Source: Candidatus Dadabacteria bacterium | GTDB taxonomy: Bacteria > Desulfobacterota_D > UBA1144 > Nemesobacterales > CSP1-2 | Length of the DNA stretch: 59,624 nucleotides | Assembly (NCBI GenBank): GCA_040289575.1 | Contig: PSLL01000009.1 | Span: 40,892-100,515, forward strand | Direction of reading: 5' to 3' | In this document: piece after piece, positions 39,134 through 49,280 of the stretch | Numbering within the stretch: position 1 is the first letter of the stretch | How the letters are laid out: the number at the start of each line of letters is the position of its first letter | The notes under the pieces: generated by a model | Told to the model about the DNA's origin: nothing | The model's input: the letters and a program-made list of their open reading frames with translations, nothing else | Database searches by the model: none | Program-made: the position numbers and the translations under genes

Positions 39134-39410
39134 TTTATTTTTGATACTTACTTCAAGCTACTGAATTTATCACAACCTAGATCCTATGCAAAATCTTAAA
39201 GATTTCTCGGCCTGCTAAATGAAAAACGATAACTCACTGCAACTATTGTTAAAACCTGAACCCCTTTGAATCAAAAATTCAGAATCTAAAAATCCATCCA
39301 CCCATCTGTATAATTAATCCCCAGTGGACTTTCAGTCAGCAGGAGTATCCAAACAGCAAAAAACGTCACATAGTAGTAAATTTTTTGTTAGTGTAGATAC
39401 CTCTCTAATT

Positions 39411-41581
39411 TCACCGTACCACTACAATATCAACGCCTGGGCCTTCTCCGCATGTAATATTAATATCCACATCCTGGTGATGACGCTCAATCAAAAGCTC
39501 TATAGATGCACCTCCCACTTTAAGGCCCTTGATCCAAACCCTACTAAGAAAATCGGGTAAAAGCGGACGAGCAAAGCGTATCCGCATACGAGGAGCATCA
39601 ATAGATAATCCCAGGCAGGACTGAATGAGGAAAAACACAGATGCCGTAGACCAGGATTGCGGAGCACATGAGAGCGGATAGAGTGTCGGACCACTGCCGG
39701 GACGCCTAGGGAATCCACAGAAAAGTTCAGGCAGCCTGTAGAGGTCAAAAAAAAGTACGGCATCAAAAAGTCCGGTTAAAACCTTAATAGCCAGGTCATT
39801 GAATCCATATCTCGAAAGCCCAGCTGTAATAATGGCATTGTCAAATGGCCATACAGAGCCATTATGGTAAGACATGGGGTTATACCGGATCTCCAAGGCA
39901 GCCACAGTGCGAATTCCCCATCCGGAGAAGAAATCCTCCCCCAAGAGCGCCTGTGCCATACGTTCTGCACGGTCCTGAGAGGCAATCCCGCTAAACAGAC
40001 AATGTCCGGCATTGGATGTGCGAACCCGACAGGGGCGCTTTTCGCCATCGAGGGCAAGAGCATAGGTAGAAATCTCATCACACCAAAAGGCCTCTTCAAA
40101 CCGCTCCTTGATTTTATTTGCCTGATCTAGTAGCTCATCGGCCCTCTCCACATATCCTAGAACCGATGCCAGTTCTGAAGCCTTGAGCTTGGCATCATAG
40201 ACATATCCCTGAACCTCGCAAAGAGCAATTGGCCCCTCTGCTAGGATTCCATCTGCATGGAATATAGAATCCTGGGAGTCCTTCCAGCCTTGATGAATAA
40301 GCCCCCCTGAGGAGCGTCGAAAATATTCTACAAATCCATCGCCGTCTATGTCTCCATATGAATCAATCCAATTTAAGGCAAGTTCAATATTAGGCCAGAT
40401 AGATTCAATAAATCTTCTATCTCCGGTACGCTCATAATAGGCTCCGGCAAGTATAATAAAGAGCGGAGTGGCATCCACACTACCATAATAGCGGCTAAAT
40501 GGGACTTCACCCAAAGCCGCCATTTCTCCGCTGCGCGCTTCGTGAAGAATCTTTCCCGGTTCTGCATCACGCTCAGGAATAGTTTCTCTAGCCTGTGTAG
40601 ATGCAAGATATGTGAGTATCCCCCTAGCAATATTGGAATTAATCAGGAGAAACTCAAGCGCAGTAATGATTCCATCTCGGCCAAAAGGCGTACTGAACCA
40701 GGGGACTCCAGCATAAGGATAAGGACCCTCGGGAGTATCAGTAACCATCATATAGAGGTCGGATAAAGAACGGTTCAACCAATTGTTGAATTGTTCATTA
40801 GATGTATAAATCTCACAATCCTGTTGAGCCCTAGCGATTTTTAGTTTATTTTTCAGTTCTCCAAAGGCACAGTCATAAGAGAAGCAACGAGAAATTTTAT
40901 GTTCGATTTCACAGGATACGGTAAAAAAAACATCGTCTCTTCCTTTGGACCGAGACACACATCAAACCGTATCTGGGATGCAGATATCTCCTTGAGTAAC
41001 GGCGAAAATTCCAGTCTCGTCCGCCGAATCACATTATCCAAGCCCCTATATTGAAGAACAACACCTTTCTCCTCTACCGTGTCTTTGAGTTTCTGTCCCC
41101 TATACTCCCGCTTTATTCCCCGCACCTCAAATATATCCCTAAAGTCAGCCTCAAAACTCAATGAAAACACAATCTCAACAGGAGAAAGACCGTGATTAAT
41201 GATCCTTAAACGTTCATAACAAACCCCATGCCAGAGGAACTTAGAGCGGAATATATGCAAAGTGCCTCGCGGAATAATCACATTTCCACCAATATAAATA
41301 TCGGGATTCGTAAGGTCTACAGCCAGAAGGCTATTGTCATCATTTACGGTCGAGCCGAGAAGGAGGGGATGGCTCTCACCTAACCCTAGCTCCAAACGAG
41401 AGAGAAACCTCGTTCCTTCATAATAAATACCCTGCTCGCCCAACCCGATAGGTTGAATGTCTCCATATCGGTCAAATACAGCAAACATATCGTCGTGTTT
41501 GAGTACCCACGTACGGTCATCAGCTAAAGGAGAGGTTGCCAGTATATAGAACTGATCCCTTACGCGTATAATCTCATCCAT
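39411..41581 (-). pseudogene. Amylo-alpha-1,6-glucosidase (GDE_N + GDE_C) split at a T8 tract (40930-40923)
   Basis: N-part DDRTWVLKH...GTRFLS; C-part AGVPWFSTPFGRDG, PGKILHE, YYGSVDATPLF, QGWKDS, YHNGSVWP, LPELFCG. One extra T fuses them to 723 aa. Confidence 0.85.
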
Positions 41582-41600
41582 AGTTACAGCCCCCTTATTA

Positions 41601-42647
41601 TTACATTGATCTAGATTCGGTCTTTCTTTCGATAAGCCGATTATAAATCAATAAATAGTCGTTTGCCATGCGAGATGCAGAGAACCTTTCTTCAAAGACC
41701 TGCCTACACCGATGCCGACTCAAATTCGGAACCATCTCCACAGCCCTTACTGCCTCTTCTAGGTTTTCGACAATAAATCCAGTAACGCCTTCCTCCATCA
41801 CCTCCGGAACAGACCCACGACGATAGGCAATGACCGGAGTCCCACAAGCCATTGCCTCAATCATTACTATTCCGAATGGCTCTGGCCAATTGATCGGAAA
41901 TAGAAGTGCATAGGCATTTCCTAAAAATTCGTCTTTTTCACCCTCCCCGATCTCGCCCATGTAATCGGTCAATGGATCATCGAGAAGAGGTTTTATAACA
42001 TCCTCAAAGTATTTCCGGTCTACAGCATCTACTTTTGCAGCAATCTTGATTTCCATACCCACTCTTTTGGCAATCCGAATCGCTCGGTCTACACGCTTTT
42101 CAGGCGAGATACGCCCCAAAAAGGCAAGGTATTTTCCAGGCTCCGCTCGGAATGTGTAGAGGTCCTTAGGTAACCCGTGATAAACCGTACATTGCCAGTT
42201 GATCCAAGGCAAAGGTTCTCTCTGAGAATTTGACACAGAGACTACAGGCATATCATGAAACTCCTTATAAAGTGGAATCAGGTCTGGAATATCCAGTCGC
42301 CCATGAAGCGTAGTGACATGAGGCGTTCTTTGCCGCCTTGAAAGAGGAAAATGCAAGTAGTCAATATGAAAATGGATAATATCAAACTGGGGCGTATACC
42401 GAAACACCTGTTCTAACATCAGTATATGGTGAGCCATCTGATCAACACAAGTCTTATCAAGGCGCAAGGCTCGCCGACAAGGAGCAATGAGGCGGGCCTT
42501 CGTGGCCGAATCACCGCTTGCAAAAAGGGTTACCTCATACCCTTGACGTACCAGCTCCTCAGTAAGGTATGACACAATACGCTCTGTACCCCCATAGTAT
42601 TTGGGCGGGACGCTTTCATAGAGCGGTGCAACCTGCGCAATTTTCAA
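41601..42647 (-). CDS. Glycosyltransferase family 4
   Basis: VPPKYYGGTE, FLGRISPEKR, EPFGIVMIEAMACGTPVI. Confidence 0.93.
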   Translation of the reverse strand: MKIAQVAPLYESVPPKYYGGTERIVSYLTEELVRQGYEVTLFASGDSATKARLIAPCRRALRLDKTCVDQMAHHILMLEQVFRYTPQFDIIHFHIDYLHFPLSRRQRTPHVTTLHGRLDIPDLIPLYKEFHDMPVVSVSNSQREPLPWINWQCTVYHGLPKDLYTFRAEPGKYLAFLGRISPEKRVDRAIRIAKRVGMEIKIAAKVDAVDRKYFEDVIKPLLDDPLTDYMGEIGEGEKDEFLGNAYALLFPINWPEPFGIVMIEAMACGTPVIAYRRGSVPEVMEEGVTGFIVENLEEAVRAVEMVPNLSRHRCRQVFEERFSASRMANDYLLIYNRLIERKTESRSM

Positions 42648-42908
42648 GAACCATCACCTCCAAAAAAATTTAACCCTCTATAAAAGGGTAATTCAAGAAC
42701 GCAGTGACGCTCTGAATATAGTCGCTGTAATAGCAACTCTCATGAACCATATTTATGTTGGAGATTTGTTCTTTTTCCTAAAAATGGAAAAACCAAAACT
42801 TAGGGACGAATACATCATAAAGAACAAAACCTCTTATTATTGGGGAGCAACAAAAGGTAGTTACGGGTATGGTACATCATACCATCACAATTGCAATGAC
42901 AATTTAAA

Positions 42909-43412
42909 TTATTTAGGGAAAACTTCATTCAGCCTACCCGTTTTAACATCATAAATAAAACCCCTGACCGGAATGTGTTTAGGAAACCAGGGATGGTGTT
43001 TTACCTTATCAATCTGATGGCGGATATTCTCTTCTAAGTCTTCGAAGGCATGGAAATGAAGGGGGGATATGGCTGAGGCACCGGTCGCCTTACGGAGCTT
43101 TAGGTGCAGTTCCTCATCCTTAAAGGTCAACATCCCGCAGTCGGTGTGATTAATGATCATCCACTCTTGCGTACCTAGCAGGTAGTGAGAAATAATAAGT
43201 GAGCGCATGACATCCTCGGTGATAACCCCTCCGGCATTTCGGATAAGGTGAGCATCGCCGGTTTTAAGACCGAGCAGTTGAGATACTGTAAGTCGTGCAT
43301 CCATACAGGCAACAACCGCCAGTTTACGAGCGGGTAGTGCTGGAAGATGACTCAAATTAAAATTCTTTGCGTACTCTTCATTACCCCTTAGAACCTCATC
43401 AATGACACCCAT
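42909..43412 (-). CDS. Beta-class carbonic anhydrase (clade D type)
   Basis: ACMDAR, RNAGG, HTDCG, GFIYDVKTGRL. Confidence 0.93.
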   Translation of the reverse strand: MGVIDEVLRGNEEYAKNFNLSHLPALPARKLAVVACMDARLTVSQLLGLKTGDAHLIRNAGGVITEDVMRSLIISHYLLGTQEWMIINHTDCGMLTFKDEELHLKLRKATGASAISPLHFHAFEDLEENIRHQIDKVKHHPWFPKHIPVRGFIYDVKTGRLNEVFPK

Positions 43413-43465
43413 ACTTTTTTATGCCTCCGTTGCCGTTTTTTAATTTTTGCAGTTATATCGAATTT

Positions 43466-43504
43466 GTGGTTAGGAAACATAAAGAAAAATGGCTTCCTAA
43501 CCAC
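43466..43504. other. 11-bp perfect hairpin in the carbonic anhydrase 5' leader
   Basis: gtggttaggaa-N17-ttcctaaccac. Confidence 0.55.
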
Positions 43505-43534
43505 GGCTCATTGGGTGATACTGAGTTGTAGATG

Positions 43535-43562
43535 ATCATAGCAAGATTTATACCAAAGGCAA
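43535..43562 (-). promoter_or_regulatory. Sigma70 promoter of the carbonic anhydrase gene
   Basis: TTGCCT-N16-TATGAT with extended -10 TG. Confidence 0.5.
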
Positions 43563-43914
43563 GTTGATTTTATTACAGCACGAAGTCTAATAAACCTTTT
43601 CTTTTAGAGAATCGAATCAAAAATCAACATCGCTTTGAGCAGTGGATTCCCCTCAAGCAAATGAACCGAACACGCTCAGAAACACAATGTCATTCCACTT
43701 ACAGATTTCAATTAATTTATCTTTGTAAGTAGTTAAGTATATTCATTTGTGTTTTTGCTCTCTTTTTTCTCACACAAGTGTAAGATAACCGATTGTTGAT
43801 AAGAGTTCATAAATATATTCTTTTTCCCCATATTACCTCTTTCCCTTAATTGCGATTGCTCATAACTTAGCATAACCCTTTATCTTTACACAAATCTACG
43901 CAAGACTTAAGTTT

Positions 43915-45594
43915 CTAGCATACGCCGCAGAGCTTGCAGATGGGGGTTATGCACTCAGGGGTTTTTCTGCCCTCAAATGATTTTTCGTATTCCTTTCTCA
44001 GGAATTCTTTTGATATTCCGTGGTCAATAAAATCCCATGGAAAGACCTCATTGGCACGGCGCTCACGATATGTATAGAAGTCGGGGTTTAATTCCCATCT
44101 TCTCAACGCTCTTGCATAGCTTCCTCTCTCCTGAAGGGTAAGTTCAAGAAAATGAGAAACACGGCGTGAGCCGCGTGAGAGGAGTGCTTGTATGTAGAAA
44201 AGCCTCGGAGAACTTAGAGCGAGTTCTATCCCGTTTACTCCCTTAACCTCATTCTTTATAATCCTATACTTTCTCTCAATATCCTCCAGTTTTGGAAAAG
44301 AGGCCCACTGAAAAGGCGTCCAGGGCTTAGGGACAAGGGGGTTTACACCTATAGTTACCTTGCCTCTTGAGAAGACCTCTCTTACAGCTCGTCCAAGCTC
44401 TCCTATAGCTTTTATATCCTCGTCTTTTTCATTAGGAAGCCCTATCATAAAATACAGTTTCAGGTTTGTGATTCCAAATCTTAGTGAAAGCTCGGCACTT
44501 CTGACAATATCTTCATTGGTAAAGTGTTTATTAACAGAACGCCTCAGAAAATCGCTTCCTGCCTCAGGCGCAATTGTAAGTGTCTTCTGCCCACTTATAC
44601 GAATGGCTTCAAGCATATCTGCATCTAGGGCATCAGCCCTAAGGGACGAAAGCGAAGCCTGAATTCCCTCTTTCTTAGCCTTGGCTATTATTTCCTTTAA
44701 ATCGGGATGGTCAAGGAGCATAGGGCTTATAAGCCCTACCCTTCTCCTCATCTCTTTTGCCTTCTGTATTTCAGAGATAATTGAGGATTTATCCCTATGT
44801 CTCGGGTATCTGTATACAAACCCTTCCGCACAGAACCTGCATGCGCCTCCGCACCCTCTGCTCATTTCAATTAAGTACATATCAGAGAATGTCGTGTTTT
44901 TAGTGAGAATCGCAGAGCCGCCAGGGTGTAGGTCTAAGTTATCTATAAATCTCTTCTTTACACGAAGAGAGGGAATATGTCCCGCAAAGGTTCCGTCCTC
45001 ATTATATGTGGGTTCAAAAAAAGAAGGAACATAAACTCCCTCAACCTCTGAAAGTCGCTCAATGGTTCTCCATTTTGGCTCTTTGCGCGATATAATCTCA
45101 AATATTTCTCTCGCTATATACTCGCCTTCACCTATGACAAAGGCGTCAATAAACGGAGAGAGGGGCTCCGGGTTTAGGAGAGTTGCCATTCCCCCTGCTA
45201 TGACGAGCGGAAAACCTTCTTGCCGGTCTGCGCTACGAAGAGGAATATTTGATAATTCCAGGATTTTCAGCACATTTATATAATCGCCTTCAAACGGAAT
45301 AGAAAAGGCAATTACATCAAATTCTCCAATCGGCCTCTGAGTCTCAATTGAAAAAAGTTCTTCGCCCAACTCATAAAACTTCATATCTTCGTGGTCGGGA
45401 AGATAAACCCTTTCTGCCGAGATATGAGAAATTGAATTTAGAATCCTATAGATTAATTGAAACCCTAAGTTTGATGTTCCTATTTGGTATGTATTGGGAT
45501 ATGCAAGCGCAACTTTGAGCGTTCCCTCTTTGAATATGGTTCCAGTTTCATTTAACAGAATTTCTCTGGCTTTTTCCTTAAGTTTCCATATCAT
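43915..45594 (-). CDS. Radical SAM protein with N-terminal B12-binding-like domain
   Basis: YPNTYQIGTSNLG, RGCGGACRFC, SLRAD, APEAGS, YFMIGLP, C-terminal CxxxxCxxCGVC. Confidence 0.88.
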   Translation of the reverse strand: MIWKLKEKAREILLNETGTIFKEGTLKVALAYPNTYQIGTSNLGFQLIYRILNSISHISAERVYLPDHEDMKFYELGEELFSIETQRPIGEFDVIAFSIPFEGDYINVLKILELSNIPLRSADRQEGFPLVIAGGMATLLNPEPLSPFIDAFVIGEGEYIAREIFEIISRKEPKWRTIERLSEVEGVYVPSFFEPTYNEDGTFAGHIPSLRVKKRFIDNLDLHPGGSAILTKNTTFSDMYLIEMSRGCGGACRFCAEGFVYRYPRHRDKSSIISEIQKAKEMRRRVGLISPMLLDHPDLKEIIAKAKKEGIQASLSSLRADALDADMLEAIRISGQKTLTIAPEAGSDFLRRSVNKHFTNEDIVRSAELSLRFGITNLKLYFMIGLPNEKDEDIKAIGELGRAVREVFSRGKVTIGVNPLVPKPWTPFQWASFPKLEDIERKYRIIKNEVKGVNGIELALSSPRLFYIQALLSRGSRRVSHFLELTLQERGSYARALRRWELNPDFYTYRERRANEVFPWDFIDHGISKEFLRKEYEKSFEGRKTPECITPICKLCGVC

Positions 45595-45740
45595 ATAAAG
45601 ATATTCAATACTAATTATTATTATATTGACTTGGCTAGATAGATAAATCTAGCTTTGCTCAACCCACATCACTATTTTAACTGACTTTATTACAAACCAG
45701 AAGTCTCTGATTTATCCGATTGTATCGGGTTAAAAGACAA

Positions 45741-45751
45741 GTCGTCTCTAC
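45741..45751. repeat. Half copy of the GTAG REP
   Basis: GTCGTCTCTAC shares the 3' arm CGTCTCTAC of the REP at 22494. Confidence 0.4.
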
Positions 45752-45845
45752 AAACGCAGGCATATTTCGGTCAATAATCCTATGCCCATACGATCAAGCT
45801 CTTAAATACAGTTGTGTATTCCTCACAACTCCATAAGAGGGAAGG

Positions 45846-46958
45846 TCATTTCCCTTCTCTAATGCTTCGCCTTCTTATAAAGGCGGGGATTTCGAATTCA
45901 TCGTTTGTCGCCTCAACTGTCGCTGTATGGAGCTTGGCAATCCCCTCCTTGGATGTCCCTTCTTCTATTAACACCTTGTTTTCAGATTTAAATTTTACGC
46001 TCTGTATCCCCGTAGCAATTACTGTAATCCGCACAGCATCCTTTAAGCCCTCGTCAAGCACGAGTCCAAAGATGAGATTTACATCTTCATCTGCACGCTC
46101 CCTTATATAACTGCACGCCTCATTTAGCTCTTCGATTCTGAAGTCGGGCGAAGCGGTCACATTTATGAGAATTCCTCTTGCTCCATCAATTGATACATCT
46201 TCAAGCAAAGGACTTGTAATTGCAGCTTCAGCTGCTTCCCGTGCCCTACCGCTTCCTTCAGCATAACCCGTTCCCATAAGTGCCTTTCCGCCATTTTCGC
46301 CCATTATGCTTTTTACATCCGCGAAATCAACGTTAATATATCCGGTCCCTGTAATTATATCAGAGATGCCCCGGACAGCCTGATAGAGAATCTCATCGGC
46401 TTTTTTGAACGCTTCAACGATTCCGCATTTTTGCACCGAAGCCAACCGATCGTTTGGAATTACAATAAGTGTGTCTACCTCTTTCTCAAGGCTCTCTATT
46501 CCCTCTAAGGCCTGTCTGTTTCTCTTTGGCCCCTCAAAGCTAAAGGGCTTGGTCACAACTCCAACTGTAAGGGCGCCGAGTTCTTTTGCCGCACGCGCTA
46601 CAACCGGAGAGCCCCCTGTTCCCGTGCCGCCTCCCATCCCCGCCGTAATGAAAACCATATCCGCACCCTCTAGTGCCTCTATAATTTTTGTTTGATCCTC
46701 AAGGGCGGCTTCTTTTCCAATTATCGGATTTCCGCCGACGCCGAGTCCTTTTGTGATTCTAGAGCCAATTTGAAGCTTCACCGATGCGCGCGATTTCCTT
46801 AAATCCTGAGAGTCCGTGTTTGCAACGATAAATTCAACGCCGTTGAGGTTTCTCTCTATCATAGTATTTACTGCGTTTCCTCCTGCCCCACCGATCCCCA
46901 TTACTTTTATTTTTGCTCTTTGGTCTATTGTTGTGTCTTCTAATTCAAAGTTTGCCAT
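45846..46958 (-). CDS. ftsZ: Cell division protein FtsZ
   Basis: GGAGGNAVN, GMGGGTGTG, INVDFADV, C-terminal FEIPAFIRR. Confidence 0.98.
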   Translation of the reverse strand: MANFELEDTTIDQRAKIKVMGIGGAGGNAVNTMIERNLNGVEFIVANTDSQDLRKSRASVKLQIGSRITKGLGVGGNPIIGKEAALEDQTKIIEALEGADMVFITAGMGGGTGTGGSPVVARAAKELGALTVGVVTKPFSFEGPKRNRQALEGIESLEKEVDTLIVIPNDRLASVQKCGIVEAFKKADEILYQAVRGISDIITGTGYINVDFADVKSIMGENGGKALMGTGYAEGSGRAREAAEAAITSPLLEDVSIDGARGILINVTASPDFRIEELNEACSYIRERADEDVNLIFGLVLDEGLKDAVRITVIATGIQSVKFKSENKVLIEEGTSKEGIAKLHTATVEATNDEFEIPAFIRRRSIREGK

Positions 46959-47052
46959 AGGCTTTCCTCCCTTGATGCTTTAGTGATAATGAATTACCAA
47001 TCCATCCAACTATTAAAAAAAACTTGCCCCCTTGTAAGATCCGTATTCTAAC

Positions 47053-48282
47053 CTAAAAAAATTCTCTAAACCAATGCTTCATACTATCGAGCACCTTTTT
47101 GAAAACGTTCTCATCGCGTATGCGGAGTTTCTTATCCCCCTTATATCTCGCGCCATAGAGAACAAGCCCAACTCCCGTAGAATAGATAGGATTCGCTATA
47201 ATGTCCTTGAGTCCGCCAACTTCGGTTGGAATGCCTCTTCTTGCCGGCATCCCTAAGATTTTCTCCGCAAGCTCAACTGTGCCATCCATTATAACCGTTC
47301 CCCCAGTAATTACAGCACCCGCAGGAAGAAGTTCCTGATAACCGGATTTTATTATTTCTCTTCTTACAAGGCTAAAAATCTCTTCTATTCTCGGTTCAAT
47401 TATCATTCCAAGTTCTCTCCTAGAAATACTCCTTGGACGCCTTCCACCGACGCTTACCACTTCTATTGTTTCATCAGGCGAAATAAGGTCTACAAAAGCC
47501 GAGCCGTATTTCTCTTTGAGTCTCCTTGCTTCTGCAAGAGAAGTAGAAAGTCCAAGGGCAATATCCCTATCTATATGATCACCTCCGAGTGTGAGATTTT
47601 CTGTATACCTAATACTCCCACCGACAAATATGGCGATGTCAGTTGTTCCACCTCCACAGTCAATAAGGACGACCCCTATTTCCTTTTCATCCGGCGTAAG
47701 CACCGCCTCGCTTGATGCAAGCTGTTCCAGTATAATATCTGCAACATCCATTCCTGCACGATGTATGCACTTTACAAGGTTCTGTGCCGCCGTAACCTGC
47801 CCGGTGACGATATGAACCCTTGTCTCAAGCTTGATTCCATAGATTCCCACAGGGTCTTTAATTCCTCCCTGACCATCTACAATAAATTCTTGGGGAATGA
47901 CATGGAGGATTTCTCTATCCGCCGGAATCGAAAACGCACTTGCAGATTCAATCACACGATCAACGTCGCGCTTTGAAACCTCGCGGTTCCTGATTGTAAT
48001 CATGCCGTGTCCGCCCATTCCCTTTACGTGCCCTCCTGCAATTCCTACAAAAACTGTTCTGATCTCGCACCCCGCCATACGCTCGGCTTCTTCAATTGCG
48101 TGTTTTACGGATTGAACCGTATTTTCAATATTTACCACGACCCCCCTTTTAAGACCAAATGAGGGATAAGTTCCAACCCCTATAATGTCCAATCCATCCT
48201 GATGGTTAAATTCCCCTACGATGGAACAGACCTTTGTGGTTCCAATGTCTAGGCCTACAATCAAGCTGGATTCTCTACTCAC
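47053..48282 (-). CDS. ftsA: Cell division protein FtsA
   Basis: GLDIGTTKV, IDCGGGTT, TGG, C-terminal WFREFF helix. Confidence 0.97.
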   Translation of the reverse strand: MSRESSLIVGLDIGTTKVCSIVGEFNHQDGLDIIGVGTYPSFGLKRGVVVNIENTVQSVKHAIEEAERMAGCEIRTVFVGIAGGHVKGMGGHGMITIRNREVSKRDVDRVIESASAFSIPADREILHVIPQEFIVDGQGGIKDPVGIYGIKLETRVHIVTGQVTAAQNLVKCIHRAGMDVADIILEQLASSEAVLTPDEKEIGVVLIDCGGGTTDIAIFVGGSIRYTENLTLGGDHIDRDIALGLSTSLAEARRLKEKYGSAFVDLISPDETIEVVSVGGRRPRSISRRELGMIIEPRIEEIFSLVRREIIKSGYQELLPAGAVITGGTVIMDGTVELAEKILGMPARRGIPTEVGGLKDIIANPIYSTGVGLVLYGARYKGDKKLRIRDENVFKKVLDSMKHWFREFF

Positions 48283-48338
48283 CCTTTTGTCTCCTTAATT
48301 CCATTTTAGCCACAGGGATTAAGTGGCTCCGTTGCAAA

Positions 48339-48363
48339 GACATGAAAATCAATTTTTCATGTC
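48339..48363. other. 10-bp perfect inverted repeat between ftsQ and ftsA
   Basis: gacatgaaaa-N5-ttttcatgtc. Confidence 0.5.
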
Positions 48364-48575
48364 CCGAAATTTACATTACATATCACAAAATAAATGGGAT
48401 AACACATAATCTGTCCCCTTATCTTCTGACATCTGATACCCTAATATCAAATCTTTGTTGCTCTTCCTTAATGAGAAAAGGAGATAAGATGCTTTTTAAG
48501 TAATTTCTCTGTGCACTCTGTAACTGAATCCCAGCGACACATTTCTTTACCTCCATCTCTCGTGTGCCGCCCCGG

Positions 48576-49280
48576 CTACAATTTAAAGTCCACAATACCC
48601 ATATTTCCAGAACTTATATTTATATATTTCTCAGTCAGATTTATTCCTCTTGCATGGCTTATAATCCTTTCTACCCTGTACCATTTTTTCTCAATATTCT
48701 CTTGTCCAAAATCAACTCGCCTTCCATCCGTAGAGAAAACTGTAATCCCATAAATTGGATTCGTATTGATTTCTGAGATCTCTCTCCATGTAAGAACAGT
48801 ACTCCTCAAAGAGAATCTTAGAATCTCAAGTGCCTCCCCCAAAAGCTTCGGATTCCCTATACCTTCACCTGTAAGAAGAGGAAAATCAAGTCCTATGCTA
48901 AAATTCACTTTGCCGAGTCTCTTACCCAACTCACTCATATAGTAAAGTTCACCATCTTCCCCAGAAACAATACAAAACGGCTCAGCCTCTTTTATCTCAA
49001 TTATGATCCTACCTGGAAATTCTCTTTTGATATGGACATCGGTTATCCAAGGATTTTTCAGTATATCCCTTGTCACATCCGAATCAGAAAAGAAAACCAT
49101 GTTTCTCCCCACTATAAGCCCCGACCTTTTAATGACCTCTTTTTCAGAGACCCTTTTTATTCCCACTACCTCTATCTGACTTATCTTAAAAAAGTCAAGA
49201 CCCAAAACGGCAAAAAGAAGAGCACTAAAGACACAGACGAGAAAAACAGAGATAAGAAATATCTGCTTCTTTCCTCTCAC
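48576..49280 (-). CDS. ftsQ: Cell division protein FtsQ/DivIB
   Basis: N-terminal TM, POTRA domain, PWI..V.IKREFP; dcw position. Confidence 0.88.
   Translation of the reverse strand: MRGKKQIFLISVFLVCVFSALLFAVLGLDFFKISQIEVVGIKRVSEKEVIKRSGLIVGRNMVFFSDSDVTRDILKNPWITDVHIKREFPGRIIIEIKEAEPFCIVSGEDGELYYMSELGKRLGKVNFSIGLDFPLLTGEGIGNPKLLGEALEILRFSLRSTVLTWREISEINTNPIYGITVFSTDGRRVDFGQENIEKKWYRVERIISHARGINLTEKYINISSGNMGIVDFKL

Noticed and set aside
42909-43412. CS2 hydrolase
   Set aside because: Lacks the FF motif after HxxC; it reads like an ordinary clade D beta-CA (COS activity not excluded).
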